Shown piece after piece: positions 1-14,539 of a stretch of DNA of 64,000 nucleotides. The position numbers and the translations under genes are program-made. The notes under the pieces were generated by a model that worked only from the letters and a program-made list of their open reading frames with translations, did no database searches and had not been told where the DNA came from. Source of the DNA: Octopus vulgaris (taxonomy: Eukaryota); contig OX597814.1 of NCBI GenBank assembly GCA_951406725.2, positions 193,750,001 through 193,814,000 of the forward strand. The letters are read 5' to 3'. Each line of letters opens with the position of its first letter. Positions within the stretch are counted from its first letter, which is position 1.

Positions 1-245
1 AAACAATCCTTATTCAGGGACCGTTTGAGCGGGATGGGCTACTCAACCTGAAGAAAATTTTAACTGGGCCCCACCTGCAAGGTCATGTGCTGTTTATCTT
101 GATATGAGATCACCATGTCGCGCACATATGGTTGTGATGCATGTGCTTGGTGTACCCTTATCAGACGGGTAGTCATGATGGGTATATTGGGCTTCGTATA
201 TTTTACCCCAGTGTCACTTTGATGGCATGCACTGCTCTCTCACTC
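1..245 (+). mobile_element. Non-coding interspersed repeat embedded in (AAT)n; one end of the element, cut by the window start
   Basis: Near-identical to the reverse complement of 18042-18290; runs straight into an (AAT)n tract at 246. Confidence 0.8.
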
Positions 246-319
<74 letters not shown>

Positions 320-571
320 CAACAACAACAACATCAACAACAACGACGACGACGATGACGATGACGACATCAACAACAACAACCACAACAATAATAATGA
401 TAATAATAATAATAATAATAATGCCCTGATGCATTGCCAGGTAGTGGTATAATAATATTCCAGAATTATCGCTGGAATTCTTCTGCTAAAGTGTCAATGA
501 AACTATAGCAGAATAATGCGATAAAACGTGTTGCTCCCTTCATTCTCCTTGTGAATATTTATAACAGATTA

Positions 572-712
572 AGGCGGCCAGCAGGCAAAAACATTAGCAC
601 ACCGGACGAAATGCTTAGGTGTATTTCGTCTGCCGATACTTCTGAGTTCCAATTCCGCCGAGGTCGACTTTACCATTCATCCTTTCGGGGTCGATAAATT
701 AAGTATCAGTTG
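572..712 (+). mobile_element. tRNA-derived SINE family M (Meta-domain-like body), 3'-truncated
   Basis: Head aaggcggccagcaggc, B-box-like gagttccaattcc, body gaggtcgactttaccattcatcctttcggggtcgataaattaagta shared with more than 10 copies in the window. Confidence 0.85.
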
Positions 713-864
713 CCTAGAGTGGAAACGAATATTTTTGCACATATATAGGGATGGAAAGAAAGCCCTGCTGCATTTTTTACATAATCACTCTGAGGTAACT
801 TCTTCAACACTTACAGTAAAGCCAACCAAAGCTCTTATGAGCAGATTTGGTAGAAGAAGCCCGT

Positions 865-927
<63 letters not shown>

Positions 928-954
928 ATGTATGTATGTATGTATATGTATGTA

Positions 955-1393
955 TATATTCTTTTATTCTTTTACTTGTTTCAGTCATTTGACTGCGGCC
1001 ATGCTGGAGCACAGCCTTTAGTCGAGCAAATCGCCGCCAGGACTTATTTTTTTGTAAGCCTAGTACTAATTCTATCGCACACTTTTGCCGAACCGCTAAG
1101 TTACCAACACATCAACATCGATTGTCAAGCGATAGTGAGGGGGACAAACACAGCTACATAAGCATATACACACACATACACACACACACACACTCACACA
1201 CACACACACACACATACATATATATATATACAACGGGCTTCTTTCAGTTTCCCTCAACCAAATCCACTCACAAGGATTTGGTCGGCCCGAGGATATAGTC
1301 GAAGACACTTGCCCAAGGTGCCATGCAGTGGGACTGAACCCGGAACCATGTGGTTAGTAAGCACGCTACATACCACAGAGCCACTCCTGCGCC
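955..1393 (-). mobile_element. tRNA-derived SINE family C (CORE-like, internal CA/TA microsatellite)
   Basis: Minus-strand head ggcgcaggagtggctctgtggta, ggcaccttgggcaagtgtctt, 3' end ctccagcatggccgcagtcaaatgactgaaacaagtaaaagaataaaag; many copies. Confidence 0.9.
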
Positions 1394-1454
1394 TATAAAA
1401 CATAAAGGCAGACGAAATACCGCTAAGCATTTCGCCCGACGCGCTACGTTTCTG

Positions 1455-1692
1455 CCATATATGTATATGTTTGTGTGTCTGTGTTTGTCCCCCACCACCA
1501 CCACCACCACCACCACCATCGCTTGACAACCGATGTTGGTATGTTTACGTCCCCGTAACTTAGCACTTCGGCAAAAGAGACCGATAGAGTAAGTGCTAGG
1601 CTTACAAAGAATAAGTCCTGGGGTCGATGTGTTCGACTAAAAGGCGGTGCTCCAGCATGGCCGCAGTTAAATGACTGAAATAAATAAAAGAA
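1455..1692 (+). mobile_element. SINE family C, 3' half
   Basis: gtgtttgtcccc...catcgcttgacaaccgatg...aaggcggtgctccagcatggccgcag. Confidence 0.85.
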
Positions 1693-3263
1693 TATACATA
1701 GCTAACAATCAAAGTTTGCAATAGAAACATTAACAAAACATGTCTGAGTCGAAGCATGTTTGAGTTTTCAATATTTGCCAAGCGCGAACTTTATAATTCT
1801 GGAAATGTCTATTTCCGGCAGATGCCTACGTCACAAATGTTTATGCCAAAAAGACTATTCAAATCTCCTCAAAGCCACAGTGCTCCTTTGTTCACCACTG
1901 AAGTTCGTTAACCTAAACAAAGAAATCAGTAAAGTGATTTCTACATATTACTCCAAGGCTCCAAGATGGCGTCAGTTATTTGTCGGGAGTTCGCAGAATT
2001 TCGTTTTGTGCCAACATCAACACCAAGATAGATTTTCAGATAGCCAGTAATTGCAGAAGTTCTTTTGATAAGTTTTCTAGGATTTGGAGACCTCTTCAAC
2101 TAATAATGTAAGTGAAAGCGACTTCAATAGATGAAGACATCGTTAGGTTTTTGAAAAGTTGCCAAAGATTTTCATAAGAAAGAAATTTAATTGTTCAAAA
2201 TTATCAGAAATATTTTGGCTTTCAGCTTTGAACTTTTGATGAAATACATTGCCTAAGTTTGTTTATTTGTTTGTTAGTTCATCATAAGCGAAAACTTCCG
2301 TGCAATTGCGGAAGTAGTAATGAGAAATCATTAAATAGATAAACAATATTGTGCGCTTGTATGCGTAAAAATGTGACAGGCCTGTTGACAGCATGTCGTA
2401 ATATTTTCATTATTATGTGAAATGTCATTGAAGGTTTTCGTTATAACTGAGAAGGTCAGTAAAAGAATACTTCGTTTACGACATCAGCACTGCTGACCTC
2501 CAGATATCGGGCATACTCTACATAACGGGGTGAGGGATAAGTACCAACATAAGATATTGCAACACAAAGAAGATATTTTCCATCAAAAACTATGTGGGAC
2601 CAACGGAGTGCTTCTACATTGGTGTTCGACTTGCAAGAAATAGCAACAGCTAAATTTTAAATTCGCACCTTACCATCTTAGAAAGGTGAAATACATATAA
2701 GGTACCATATTTAGCAGTGAATAAGGTGCACGGTTTTTCTGGGGGAGGGGTCTTTTATTGTTTTTTTTTTCTTTTTTTAATGATTAAGAAACTTGCCTTG
2801 TGTTTAATGCCGCCGTGTTAAAGATGGAAGTCCTTGAGAGCAGAAATCCGCTCGGTAAAATAATTGTTACTAATAACCCTTTTTTACTTTCGCACGGGGC
2901 CAACACATCTGAGGGGCAGGGAACTCAAATACATTTACTCCAATGTTCAACTGGTACCTATTTTATCGACTCCAAAATGATGAAAGACAAAGTCGGCATC
3001 GGTAGAATTTGAACGCAAGACGGATGAAATGCCGCTGGCGTCTGAACCATTCTGTCAGCTTGCTGCCTTCATTGTTATTAATAACAAAATATTGATTTCA
3101 AAATTTAGCACAAGGCCAGCAATTTCAGAGGAGGGTGGGGTGGGAGCAAGTCCATTACACTGATCCCAGTGCTCAATCAGTACTTACATTATTGACCCCG
3201 AAAGGACGACAGGCAAAGTCGATCTCGGCGGAATTTGAACGCGGAACGTAAAGACAGACGGTG

Positions 3264-3317
<54 letters not shown>

Positions 3318-3681
3318 CTGGTGGTGGTGGTGGTGGTGGTAGTAGTAGTGCTGGTGCTGGTGGTGGCGTCGGCAGTGGTGATTGATGGTGGTGGTAGTGG
3401 TGACAGTGGTAATGAATGTTTTGATAGTAGTTGTGGTGATGGTGGTTGTCGTAGTACTGGTGGTGGTGGTGGTGGTAGTAGTAACAGTAGCAGCAGCAGT
3501 AGTAGTAGTAATAGTAGTACCAACACCAGCACGTGTTGAGTGCTCTGACAGTTGTTTCCCATCAGCCGCCCCGATTCTCAACCCTTCGTCACTTCCACCA
3601 GCACCGCGGATGTTACCGAAAAGAGCATACATCATCTTCACACTTATTCTAACCGTCACTACCACCGCCACCATCGCCACC

Positions 3682-3728
<47 letters not shown>

Positions 3729-3983
3729 AGCCGCCATATTTGAAACCGATGCTTCATTTCCTGTTGTCAGGAGGTTAAGGTCTCGGCTAACGTAAACCTC
3801 CCCCCTCCTCCACGATCTCTGCAAGCCAGATGCTTTACAAAAAGACAGTTTCACAAATGAAAGCGCTCACGCGAATGTACGCTCATTTATAGACACAAAA
3901 ATACATACACGCGCAATTTCATTCACGTATCGAGGTTTAACACTGAAGAATATATTGGACACACTTTATATTTATGTGTGCGA

Positions 3984-4213
3984 AGGCGGCGAGCTGGCAG
4001 AAACGTTAGCACGCCGGGCGAAATGCGTAGCCGTATTTCGTCGCCGTTACGTTGTGAGTTCAAATTCCGCCGAGGTCGACTTTGCCTTTCATCCTTTCGG
4101 GGTCGATAAATTAAGTACCAGTTACGCACTGGGGTCGATGTAATCGACTTAATTCCTTTTGTCTGTCCTTGTTTGTCCCCTCTATGTTTAGCCCCTTGTG
4201 GGTAATAAAGAAA
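3984..4213 (+). mobile_element. SINE family M, full length with TSD
   Basis: Complete head and tail; tatatttatgtgtg repeated on both flanks. Confidence 0.9.
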
Positions 4214-4329
4214 CATATATTTATGTGTGTGTGGTTCTGTATGTCTTTGAATTTATTCACTGGCGAAAATAAATTTAAGGTCGATGATGAAAGTTCTATT
4301 TCTTACAAAATATTTTGTTACTAACACCA

Positions 4330-4735
4330 TACAAATTATATCTATCTTTTTACACCTTATGCAGAATTTATGTCTCTTTCGAATTACTATCAAATAATTT
4401 CCTGATTATTCTGGCCGCAGCAAGGAGGCAAACGTTTTGTAACAGTTCTACTAAGCACTGTATTTCAATTCCCTTTATATTCCCCTTGATGCCTTCTGAT
4501 ACTGTCCCCAAGGACCCAACAATAATTGGCACTATCTTCACCTTCTTCATTCTCCATAGCCGGGCTATTTCGTATTTAAGAGTTTTGCATCTATCTCTTC
4601 GCCTTCCTTCAAAGGAGCATGTAACATCAACTATATAGCATATGTGGTGCACCTTGTCCACCACCACTACGTCCTGTCTGTTATGCTCTAGCATCTGATC
4701 TGTTCGGATTGAGAAATCGCAAAAGTTTTTGCTAT
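4330..4735 (-). mobile_element. 5'-truncated non-LTR retrotransposon (R4/Dong-like), restriction-like endonuclease remnant
   Basis: Translation EHNRQDVVVVDK..CYIVDVTC..LKYEIARLWRMKKVKIVPIIVGSLG resembles the RLE (PD..D) C-terminus. Confidence 0.8.
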
Positions 4736-4754
4736 ATTATTATTATTATTATTC

Positions 4755-5590
4755 AGTAGTTTTATTTTTATAGCGTGCTTTCATTTCACTACCGAGCGCA
4801 GCTCAGTGTGCCTTGGGTACGTGCTGTGGTTTGCTGTGATGCTCTTATGGTTACTGTATTGAAAGAGTTTTGCGTAGGATGTGTGCAGTGCCCAATAGTG
4901 CAATTTTCTGTATGTTATATATATTTGTAAGTCCTGGTGTTTTTGTTATGTATTTGCCTGAAAATTTTTTTATCATACCTAATGCGCCTACTATGATAGA
5001 AATTGTTTCTGTTTTTAGACTCCACATTCGAGTTACTTCTATTTCCAGGTTTTTGTATTTTGAAAGTTTCTCCAGTTCTTTTAGAGAAACGTTGTCATCC
5101 GCTGGTATTGATACATCAATTAGAAAGCATTTTTTTTCTTCATGATCTCTGACAACTATATCTGGTCTGTTGGCCTTAATTTCTCTATCTGAGTGTATTA
5201 GCATATCCCATAGTTTGGTTGCTTTCTCATTTTCTGTGACCTTTTCTGGCGAGTGCCTATACCATCTTTTTTCTGTTGTTATTCCATAGTGATGCCATAG
5301 TTTCCAGTGTATGTAGGTCCCAACTCTGTCGTGTCTGTGAATATATTCCTTCTTAGCTAGGACTGGGCAGCCAGCCAGCGATAATATAATTTATTGTTTC
5401 TTGTCCATCACCACATATTCTGCAGTTACTTGTTATGTTTCTTTTCATTATATGTTTTTGATAATTTCTGTTGGAGAGGCTTTGGTCTTGTGCTGCAATT
5501 AAAAATCCTTCAGTCTCTGCTTTGAGTCCTGAGCTTCTCAACCACTGCTGCGATTTTTGTCTGTCTATTTCTTTTTCTTTTTTCTTTAGT
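4755..5590 (-). mobile_element. 5'-truncated R4/Dong-like LINE (zinc knuckle + RLE + 3'UTR) flanked by TAA repeats
   Basis: SGLKAETEGFLIAAQDQSL..CRICGDGQETINYII, then ANRPDIVVRD..CFLIDVSIP..EKLSKY..IIVGALG; stop at 4851; 3'UTR ends in (AAT)n; frameshifted. Confidence 0.9.
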
Positions 5591-5593
5591 ATA

Positions 5594-5674
<81 letters not shown>

Positions 5675-5677
<3 letters not shown>

Positions 5678-5900
5678 GGGTTGGTGCATAATTATTGCGG
5701 CTTTTTTCAACAAATTTTATTCAACAAAAACAATAACAATATTTAACAAAAACATCTTTAAATGACGGGGCTGACCGTCTGCCAAGCAAATAGGAAGAGG
5801 TAATTGAAGTAGCTGGTGAATATGCTCCGGAATAATCATTTAAAGATGGTTTTACTACATGTTGTTATTTCACTCTTGCAAAAGGCGTTGATCGCCTCTT
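5675..5900. mobile_element. Mariner/Tc1-type terminal fragment
   Basis: TIR-like tactgggttggtgcataattattgcgg. Confidence 0.5.
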
Positions 5901-5930
5901 TCTTATTCGTGTATATAAATATATAGTTTC

Positions 5931-6149
5931 AAATTTATATACGTCACTAAAGTGACAAAGGGTACAAAATCAGCATCAGCAGTATTGCTAGAATTAAGAG
6001 TCAAAACAACTCAATAGCCACAGAAGGCAAGCTCACTTGTCCGTCATTACGATAATGCTTTCTGTGGCTATTGCGTTGCTTTGATCCTTATTTCTAGCAA
6101 TGGTGGCGCTGATAAGTGTCACTTGTTCACTTTAGTGACGTTTATATTT
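5931..6149. repeat. Imperfect foldback palindrome (~220 bp)
   Basis: acgtcactaaagtga/tcactttagtgacgt and attgctagaa..caatagccacagaa/ttctgtggctattg..ttctagcaat arms. Confidence 0.85.
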
Positions 6150-6429
6150 CCTGCCTTTAGGTTGTAAAATGGCAATTTGGCCAAATTTATATATGTACGA
6201 GTGCGTGTGTATGTATGTGTAAGTACGTATGTGTGTGCATATGTGTGTGTGTGTGTGTGTGTGTATATGTGCGTATGTGTGCATGTGCGTCTATATTGAT
6301 ATTGATTCCCAAGTCTTGCTGGCGATCGGTTTCTTGTTTAACTGCCGTGTACGTATTGAATGTCTTTGCAGTTTATGTTTGAATAACTTCACGAATGATT
6401 ATATTTAAAACTTACCTTCATACATACAT

Positions 6430-6670
6430 TACAAGTTCGGATGTATACCTGTAATTATTGAGGCACTGGGATATGTAACACACTGCCTAAATGCCAATCT
6501 TGAGAAATTAGGCTTCTCAAAACCAGAAAGGAGAAAGTTGATTCGACGACTACAGCTCCAAGCCATCACTGAAACTATAAAAATCTGTAAAACTTTCCAG
6601 AAGTTTATCATTTGAATACATATGAGCATGTCTATATATGCAAGTATATGCATGAGGAGACACATAAAGC
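6430..6670 (+). mobile_element. 3' fragment of a second RLE LINE family (ATAC-associated)
   Basis: Homologous to the reverse complement of 21037-21235 (IPVIIEALGYVTHCLNANLEKLGFSKPE); preceded by catacatacat. Confidence 0.75.
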
Positions 6671-7329
6671 AATAATCAATATAGTTATTGTTTTATTTCG
6701 TATTCTCTCAACAGAAATGAAAATATTTTAGAGGTTTAATGAAATTTCTTTTCGTTTTCTTTTTGTATTCATTAAAAAGAAATTCGTAGCAAACCGGAGG
6801 TTATTGCTTCAAATATCAAATTCCAAGAAAGGCAGTAGACTGGCGGAATCATTAGTAGTGTAAACAAAATGCCTTGCGATTCTTTACATGCTGAGCTCAA
6901 ATCTCAAGCTCAACTTGACCGTTCATCCCTCCGGAGTCGATAAAATAAAATACCAGTCAAGCAGTGGTGTAACTAAAGTGTGCACTGCCTGGAACAGCCC
7001 TTGAGTGTGCCATACCCCACCCCATATCGTTACACAGACTCATACAACAGGCTGCTCAAAAGTACTCCCAAAAGTTACCAGGGGCGAACGATCCCATCAC
7101 CCCCAAACCCTACTGCTGTCAAGTATTGGTTTCAACTGAGCCAACTAGAACCCCTTCGCTCAAATCTAAATCTATGTGAAAAGCAATATTGAATTCAAAG
7201 AATTTATCAATTCCATGTATGTCTCAAGAATTCAACCTTACTGTATTAATTCTGTATTTCTGAGACAAGAAATTTATATATACTGCTTATATTACTCGGA
7301 TTGGTGTTCTTGTCTTAATTGTTACTTTG

Positions 7330-7372
7330 CACTACGTTCCAGCTGTTGTACGCTCCAGCCTTCTTCGGGTGT
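7330..7372 (-). ncRNA. Degenerate minimal hammerhead-like motif (PLE type)
   Basis: Minus strand: cac ccgaaga aggctg-gagcgtacaa-cagct ggaa cgta gtg. Confidence 0.45.
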
Positions 7373-7849
7373 CTTGTTATTCGGTTGCTGTATCGAAATC
7401 TCGAACACTTATTGTATTAAAGAGTTTTTTTTCATTTGTTGCTGGAAATGTGTAGATTCTAATGATTATCATTTCGATTCATAAAATTTATTCTGAGCTG
7501 AGATATTTCGCTTTAATTCTGACATAAAAACTGCAATAATTTTTGCACCAACCTAATATTTCGAGAGACGAGTAACCCGATAATCTTATCTTACGCTCGC
7601 TTTTTTTTTCTTTTTGTTGTCTAAGGTCACATCTACTCTATTCAGAGATTTCTATTCCCTGTTGAATTTATTGTACCTTATATCTCTATCCCCTTTCTCT
7701 CTTTTGCTCTCTCATATATTTTCTCTCCTTTTTCATCATTTATTTCTTTATATTTTATTCAGCCTCTCTGCCCCATATTCTGCACAAACACACGCTCATA
7801 CATGCATGTTCCCATATAATGTACTTTTATGTGTGTGTTGCGCGTTTGT

Positions 7850-7915
<66 letters not shown>

Positions 7916-8237
7916 GGACTATGTTAAGCGTTAGAGAAAGAAATCTAGTTGTTGTTTCTGGCAGTAAATACATCTGAAGCAAAATATTTTTCATGGACAT
8001 CTAAAGTACCACCGTGAACACCCAGTCTATCATTTTGTCTGCGTTGATCCCACAAATCTTTTTGGGGCCCCGCCTCAGACAGAACCACTGGTTTAGTTGA
8101 GTAAATCGACACCAGTAAATATTTTTTTGAAATCTGATAGTTAATCTATCAACACTTTTGTCAAATGGCTAGACTACGAGGATAAAAATAAGCCAGCATC
8201 GGTGTCGAGCGTAGGAGATACATACAGAACACACAGA

Positions 8238-8328
<91 letters not shown>

Positions 8329-8670
8329 GCACTCATACACACACCACACATATGCATATACGGCTGCAGGCTTCCGAACAGTTTCCGTAAAATAAAACAA
8401 ACTAAAATGAATAAAAAACGGAAAATCCAGAAATCCAAACCACTTCCGGTGCCAAGCTTGCCGGATATTTGGTCCAGTTCTGTAGATGGATGGATGGATG
8501 GATGGATGGATGGGTAGACGGGTGGATAGATGGATTGACAGACTGACGGACAGACAGACAGATAAATAGACAGAACTTATACATACAGGCATATAACATC
8601 TAATATCATATGTGTGTGTCTGTATGTATGTATGTATGTATGTGTGTGTATGTGTGTGTGTCTGTATGTA

Positions 8671-8729
<59 letters not shown>

Positions 8730-8929
8730 AAATGTTTAAATGTAATGAATACTCAAGAACCACACCAGATTAAGATTATATATATATATAACAAAACAAA
8801 CATACGTTGCCACAAATACATAGAGCTAGGTCAAGACAACTTTAATATTTCTAATTCAGGTGTGTGTATCTTATCAGATATTTCCGTGTGGGTGGCTAAG
8901 TGTTTATATACGCATGTATTCACATCTGT

Positions 8930-9485
<556 letters not shown>

Positions 9486-9998
9486 CGTGTATGTATGTAT
9501 GTTTATAGAGAACTATAGTACCAATGGTTACCGATTTTAAACCATAGGTACCATTTCGTTATTTTAGATTCCACAAAGAAACGCACACACATCCACACTC
9601 ACACATTCAGTCACGCACATATGTATAGTGATTGATTAGGTGTGCGTGCGCATGTGTTTGTGTGTGGTGGTTTTCGATTCGCTCTCCAGTATGACAACAC
9701 TTTGCGCTCCCTTCCTGTTTTTCTCTCTTCTTTTTTTTACACAATAAAATTTGATGCATAGGTACATTTTGCGATCAAATTTTGTACCAGAACAAATAAA
9801 TGCCCATGAGTTCTTGGAACTCCTAAAATAGCGGCAATCTGCTTTAAGCACGCCATATAATCCCTCATAACTTTTTCATTTGGGGAATTTTCAGAAAATT
9901 TTTGTGAATTTGTATTTTACACACAGGAATCCACACCACTAGAAAAAAAGTTTTTTAGTTTTGTCGAAATTAAAAATTTATTTTTAAATTTTTTCTAA

Positions 9999-10362
9999 TC
10001 TCTCTATATATAAAGCTGTGTATGGCAGGTTTGGTAGCTTTCAACTAACTGCGGCGCAAGTTGACCAAAATTGAGAGTATGATAGAATAAGGCTTGCTCT
10101 TCCTTCCGTAGAAGAAAAAATTCAAATCGGACCATGTTAAAACCAAAAATTATTTACATCAAAAAGGTGCTTTTTTTTCTATGAAAATCCCTATTTTTTA
10201 CGATTTTTTGACTGCTGTGTTGCCATTTTTCGGTGTATTTCAACCAGAAAAATGTTCACTTAAAGAGAATAACAAACTACATCATGCAAAATTTTTACTT
10301 TTCAAAAATGTTAATTCTAAAGGTTCGAAACATACCCGAGCAACGCCGGACGATACTGCTAG
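9999..10362 (+). mobile_element. Non-autonomous Helitron
   Basis: A|TCTCTCTATATATAAAG 5' end; subterminal hairpin cccgagcaacgccgga; CTAG|T 3' end; no TSD. Confidence 0.8.
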
Positions 10363-11011
10363 TCACTGTTAAAATTACAGACAGTCATAATTTTTGGCTT
10401 AAATCACAGCAATAGACCATTGAATATGCTTATGGGAAGAAAGATATTGAAAAACATAAATACGTCAGACTGAGAAATAAACGAGGAGGCTATAAGGTGG
10501 TAGTGAGATGTGCTAAAAATAACAGCTAAATCAAGCACCAAAAAATATTTTTGTTTTTGCATAGTCGTATGAATTCATGCGTGTAGAAGACAAATTCGCA
10601 AAAAAAAGTTATAAGGGGTTATATAGCGTGCTTTATGCAGAATTCCTCCACTTTTTGTTATGGTAATTGGAGTGTTACAAGTATCTGCGATAATGAAAGG
10701 TTACCAGTTCTACACTTTTCTCGTTCGTGGGACAAACACATACAACTGTATAGTATGAAAAATACTTCACATTCCGGACACATCAACAGAAATCACAGTC
10801 GCACAGGTGGCCAGATAATCACGACTGCACTCACCTGTACTATAAATTCCTTGTGCGTCATGAACCAGAAAAGTATGAAACTAATGACCTTTTATAATTC
10901 CAGATTCATGCAACAACCTAACGACCGTAACAAAATGATTACTGCCATTTTGTGAGTTCCAAGAACTTATGTGTATTCATTTGTTCTGGTACAAAATTTG
11001 AACTCAAAATA

Positions 11012-12209
11012 TCAGGCTGAGTAAAAAGTAAGTAACGTTTTGAAACATGAAATTCATCACAATATATTTCAACAATGCGAAAATTTTATTCATCAAAGTA
11101 AGTACCATTACAATCAACGCATTTTTGCCAACGACTTACAAGTTTGTTTATCTGGTACCATAAAAATGTGGAATTTTGGAGCTGATGAACTCTTTGAACG
11201 CATTTTCAGCAACGGTTTGATTTTTGAACTCCTCTCGCAGGAAACCATTAAGGTGATTGAAAAAGTTGTAGTTTGAAGGACAAAGGTCTAGGGAATAAAG
11301 CTGGGTGGGGAAGAAATTCATAGCCAAGTTCCTTCAACTTTTGGAGCATTATTAGTGAAACGTGTGGCCGAGCATTGTCATGAAGAATGATTGGCCCTCT
11401 TTTGTTGACCAGTCTGGGACGGAGGAATAGCAGTTTTTCGATCATTATGGCAATTTCATGATAATATTGTTTCTGCAGAAATGGTTTTCCCAGTTTTGAG
11501 AAGTTATAGTGGGTGAGTACAGCAGTAAACTACCAAACAATCACCATAACCTTATTTTTGAAGAGCTCGGGTTTAGGTAAGGTTTTCAGTGCTTCGTTTT
11601 GTTCCAACCACTGCGAAGAACATTTTTTATTATTGTACAGAATCCACTTTTCATCGCAAGTTATAATACGGTCGAGAAATGGATCGGTCTAGTTACGGAG
11701 AAGGGACGAGCAATTTTCATATCTGTGCATTTTCTGATTTTCATTCAAATCGTGTGCTACGCATTTGTCGAGCTCTTTTGATTTTCTGATCGCATGCAAA
11801 TGGTTGCAGGCAGTTTTCTGGCTAACTTGAAGTTCTTTTGCCAGTTCTCGAGTGGTTTTATATGGCTCTTTCTCAATGACAGTCTGTAATTGACCGTCAT
11901 CGATGACAGATGGCGTCCACTACGCTCACGATCTTCAAGGCTCAGGTCGCCACTGCGAAATCGTTTAAACTATTTTCGAACTGACCACTTACTTACTGGT
12001 CGTTTCCTCACCAAACGTTTCGTTGATATCGTAAGCAACGTTGATATTGTAACAACGGTGAAAAAAACAATTAATGTTAATTTATTGATGCATTTGGTCA
12101 AGTCTGTGTCTGTGTTGTCAGACATTTGAAAAAAAAATTCAAAACTCTACAAAAATCCGGTACAAGTTCTTCATGGTTCAAAACATTGCTTACTTTTTAC
12201 TGAACCTGA
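11012..12209 (-). mobile_element. Mariner transposon with both TIRs and a decayed transposase
   Basis: 40-bp imperfect TIRs (tcaggctgagtaaaaagtaagtaacgttttgaaacatgaa at 11012 and inverse at 12170-12209); TA on both sides; ILHDNARPHVS motif. Confidence 0.92.
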
Positions 12210-12442
12210 TACATCAAACTTTATCGTGACAAACCTCTGTGTAACATCAGTGTCACACCCCTAAACCTTTGAGGGCGGTAAATCAACAACAAAACTAGTA
12301 CTTATTTTGTCGACTCCAGAACGATAAAAGGCAAAGTCGACCTCGGCAGTATCGGAAAGTCAGAAAGTAAGAACAGATGAACTGTCGCTAAGCATTTTGC
12401 CCGGCGTGCTAACAATTCTTCCAACTCGCTGCCTTAGCTGTT

Positions 12443-12847
12443 ACTCTCTTTTACTCTTTTACTTGTTTCAGTCATTTGACAGTGGCCATGCTGGAGCACC
12501 GCCTTTAGTCGAACATATCGACCCCAGGACTTATTCTTTGTAAGCCTAGTACTTATTCTATCGGTCTCTTTTGCCGAACAGCTAAGTTACGGGGAAGTAA
12601 ACACACCAGCATGGTTGTCAAGCGATGGGGGGGGGGACAAACACAGACACACAAACATATACACACACACATACATATATATACATATATACGACAAGCT
12701 TCTTTCAGTTTCCATCTACCAAATCCACTCACAAGGCTTTGGTCAGTCCGAGGCTATACTAGAAAACACTTGCCCAAGGTGCCAGCCACGCAGTGGGACT
12801 GAACCCGGAACCATGTGTTTGGTAATCAAGCCACTTACCACACAGCC
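12443..12847 (-). mobile_element. SINE family C
   Basis: Near full-length match to the other family C copies. Confidence 0.9.
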
Positions 12848-13474
12848 AATGTATATATTTGATACTCAATATATTTGAATTCAAAATAAATCAAATTTTA
12901 TCGTGACAAACATCTGTGTAGCCTCAGTGCTACATTCTTAAATGTTTGAGGCCGTTAAATGAATAAGAGCAAAAATGAGAAATGCAAGATGGCCAGACGA
13001 AAACAGCAGGCTTCAAGTAAGAGTATCTTACGCCTTGCATACAAATGTAAACGAGTGCATGCATATGTGCGTGCATCTGTGTGTATTTATGTGCACGTAT
13101 ATGTGTGCATGTGTTTGTATATGCACATGTATTCAGTTCTCGATGACCGTTAAATCTCCTGAGCACATCCAACGTTTGACATTCTTTATTATTCATTCCA
13201 CAGATTGTCCATAAATCACCTCAAGCCCAAGCAAGCTTGGTGAGGTTGACGGTGCAGACGCCGACGACCCGCCCATGAAGCAAGTTTGCATTGGGTTACA
13301 TGCTAGAACTCGTTCTTAGGAGCAGTATGATGATACATATATATATTTATGATGATATATATATATATATACGCAGAAGCCTAAACGCAAACCCGGAAGT
13401 ACGTATAATACTACTACTGGATAGCACAGGGTGAAATCTGATGGTGGACAAGCTTTCAGCTGTACTTTGCTACG

Positions 13475-13610
13475 TTCGCCATGATACATCGCTAGCCACT
13501 CAGCCTTTTTTTATCTTCTCTCCTTGCTTCTTTCTGTATTCCTTTCTGTCGAAGGGCGTAGGCTCGAAACGTAAAAGGCTTTCTCATTTCCCTAGCGTTA
13601 AACTAATACA
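13475..13610 (+). mobile_element. Short PLE-type non-coding repeat with hammerhead-like motif (family H1)
   Basis: ttcgccatgatacatcgctagccact...cctttctgtcgaagggcgtaggctcgaaacgtaaaagg; homologous to the copies at 14845, 26440, 36790 and (minus) 55950. Confidence 0.75.
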
Positions 13611-13753
13611 CACACACACACATACACACATATATATATATATTTATATACTATATATACACATATATATATGTATATGTATGTATATATACTATATATA
13701 CTCATATATGCACATATATATGTATGTATGTATATATTTACAAACACATATAC

Positions 13754-13861
<108 letters not shown>

Positions 13862-14335
13862 CATATATATATGTATGTGTGTGTAAGTATTTATATGTGT
13901 GACTACATATATATTCACACACACACACACACAAACACACACACATACAAACACTTACACATAGATATAAAAGCACATACATACACGATTTGCTCTTTTG
14001 ATTTTAAACCAAGCTTAAGAATATCTACAAGACATGTACTGAGAGCGAGAGTCAGGTAGTGAAAGTGCAATCAAATTTTATTATAAAGCTCGTTTTTACT
14101 GTACTTACTCCTCATTTGTATTCGATTTGAGTGAGATTTGGTTGTTATTTCTAGCATGTCGAGCGACCAGGTCGATGCTCCCTCATACTCACTCCATGCA
14201 GCATGTTTGCTATGAATGCATAAAGAATATGGAGAACGAGATACATTTACCAAGCGTTTCCGTAAACACACAGACACACATGCATATGTATTTATGTGCA
14301 TATGTGTGTGTGTGTTTGTATGTATGGACGTATGT

Positions 14336-14424
<89 letters not shown>

Positions 14425-14497
14425 CCGACAGACAGACGTAAAATTATGTTTCTGTGGTATTTGCCTGAGAGGAAATCTCTTCAGAGACATGTGTTAT

Positions 14498-14539
14498 ACG
14501 TTACCGACAAGCCCTAGAAGGTCGAAACGCGTCTAACGT
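14498..14539 (+). ncRNA. Type I hammerhead-like motif with a degenerate core
   Basis: acgtta ccgacaa gcc-ctagaa-ggtc gaaa cgcg tc taacgt: 6-bp stem I, palindromic stem III acgcgt, GUC site. Confidence 0.6.

Noticed and set aside
3189-3854. ORF with MAALLLLL.. resembling a signal peptide
   Set aside because: The hydrophobic run comes from (TTG)/(GTG) repeats; aatatggcggc may be only a YY1-like motif
13204-13320. GC-rich stretch after a ttccacag acceptor-like site
   Set aside because: All frames stop quickly and no recognisable product
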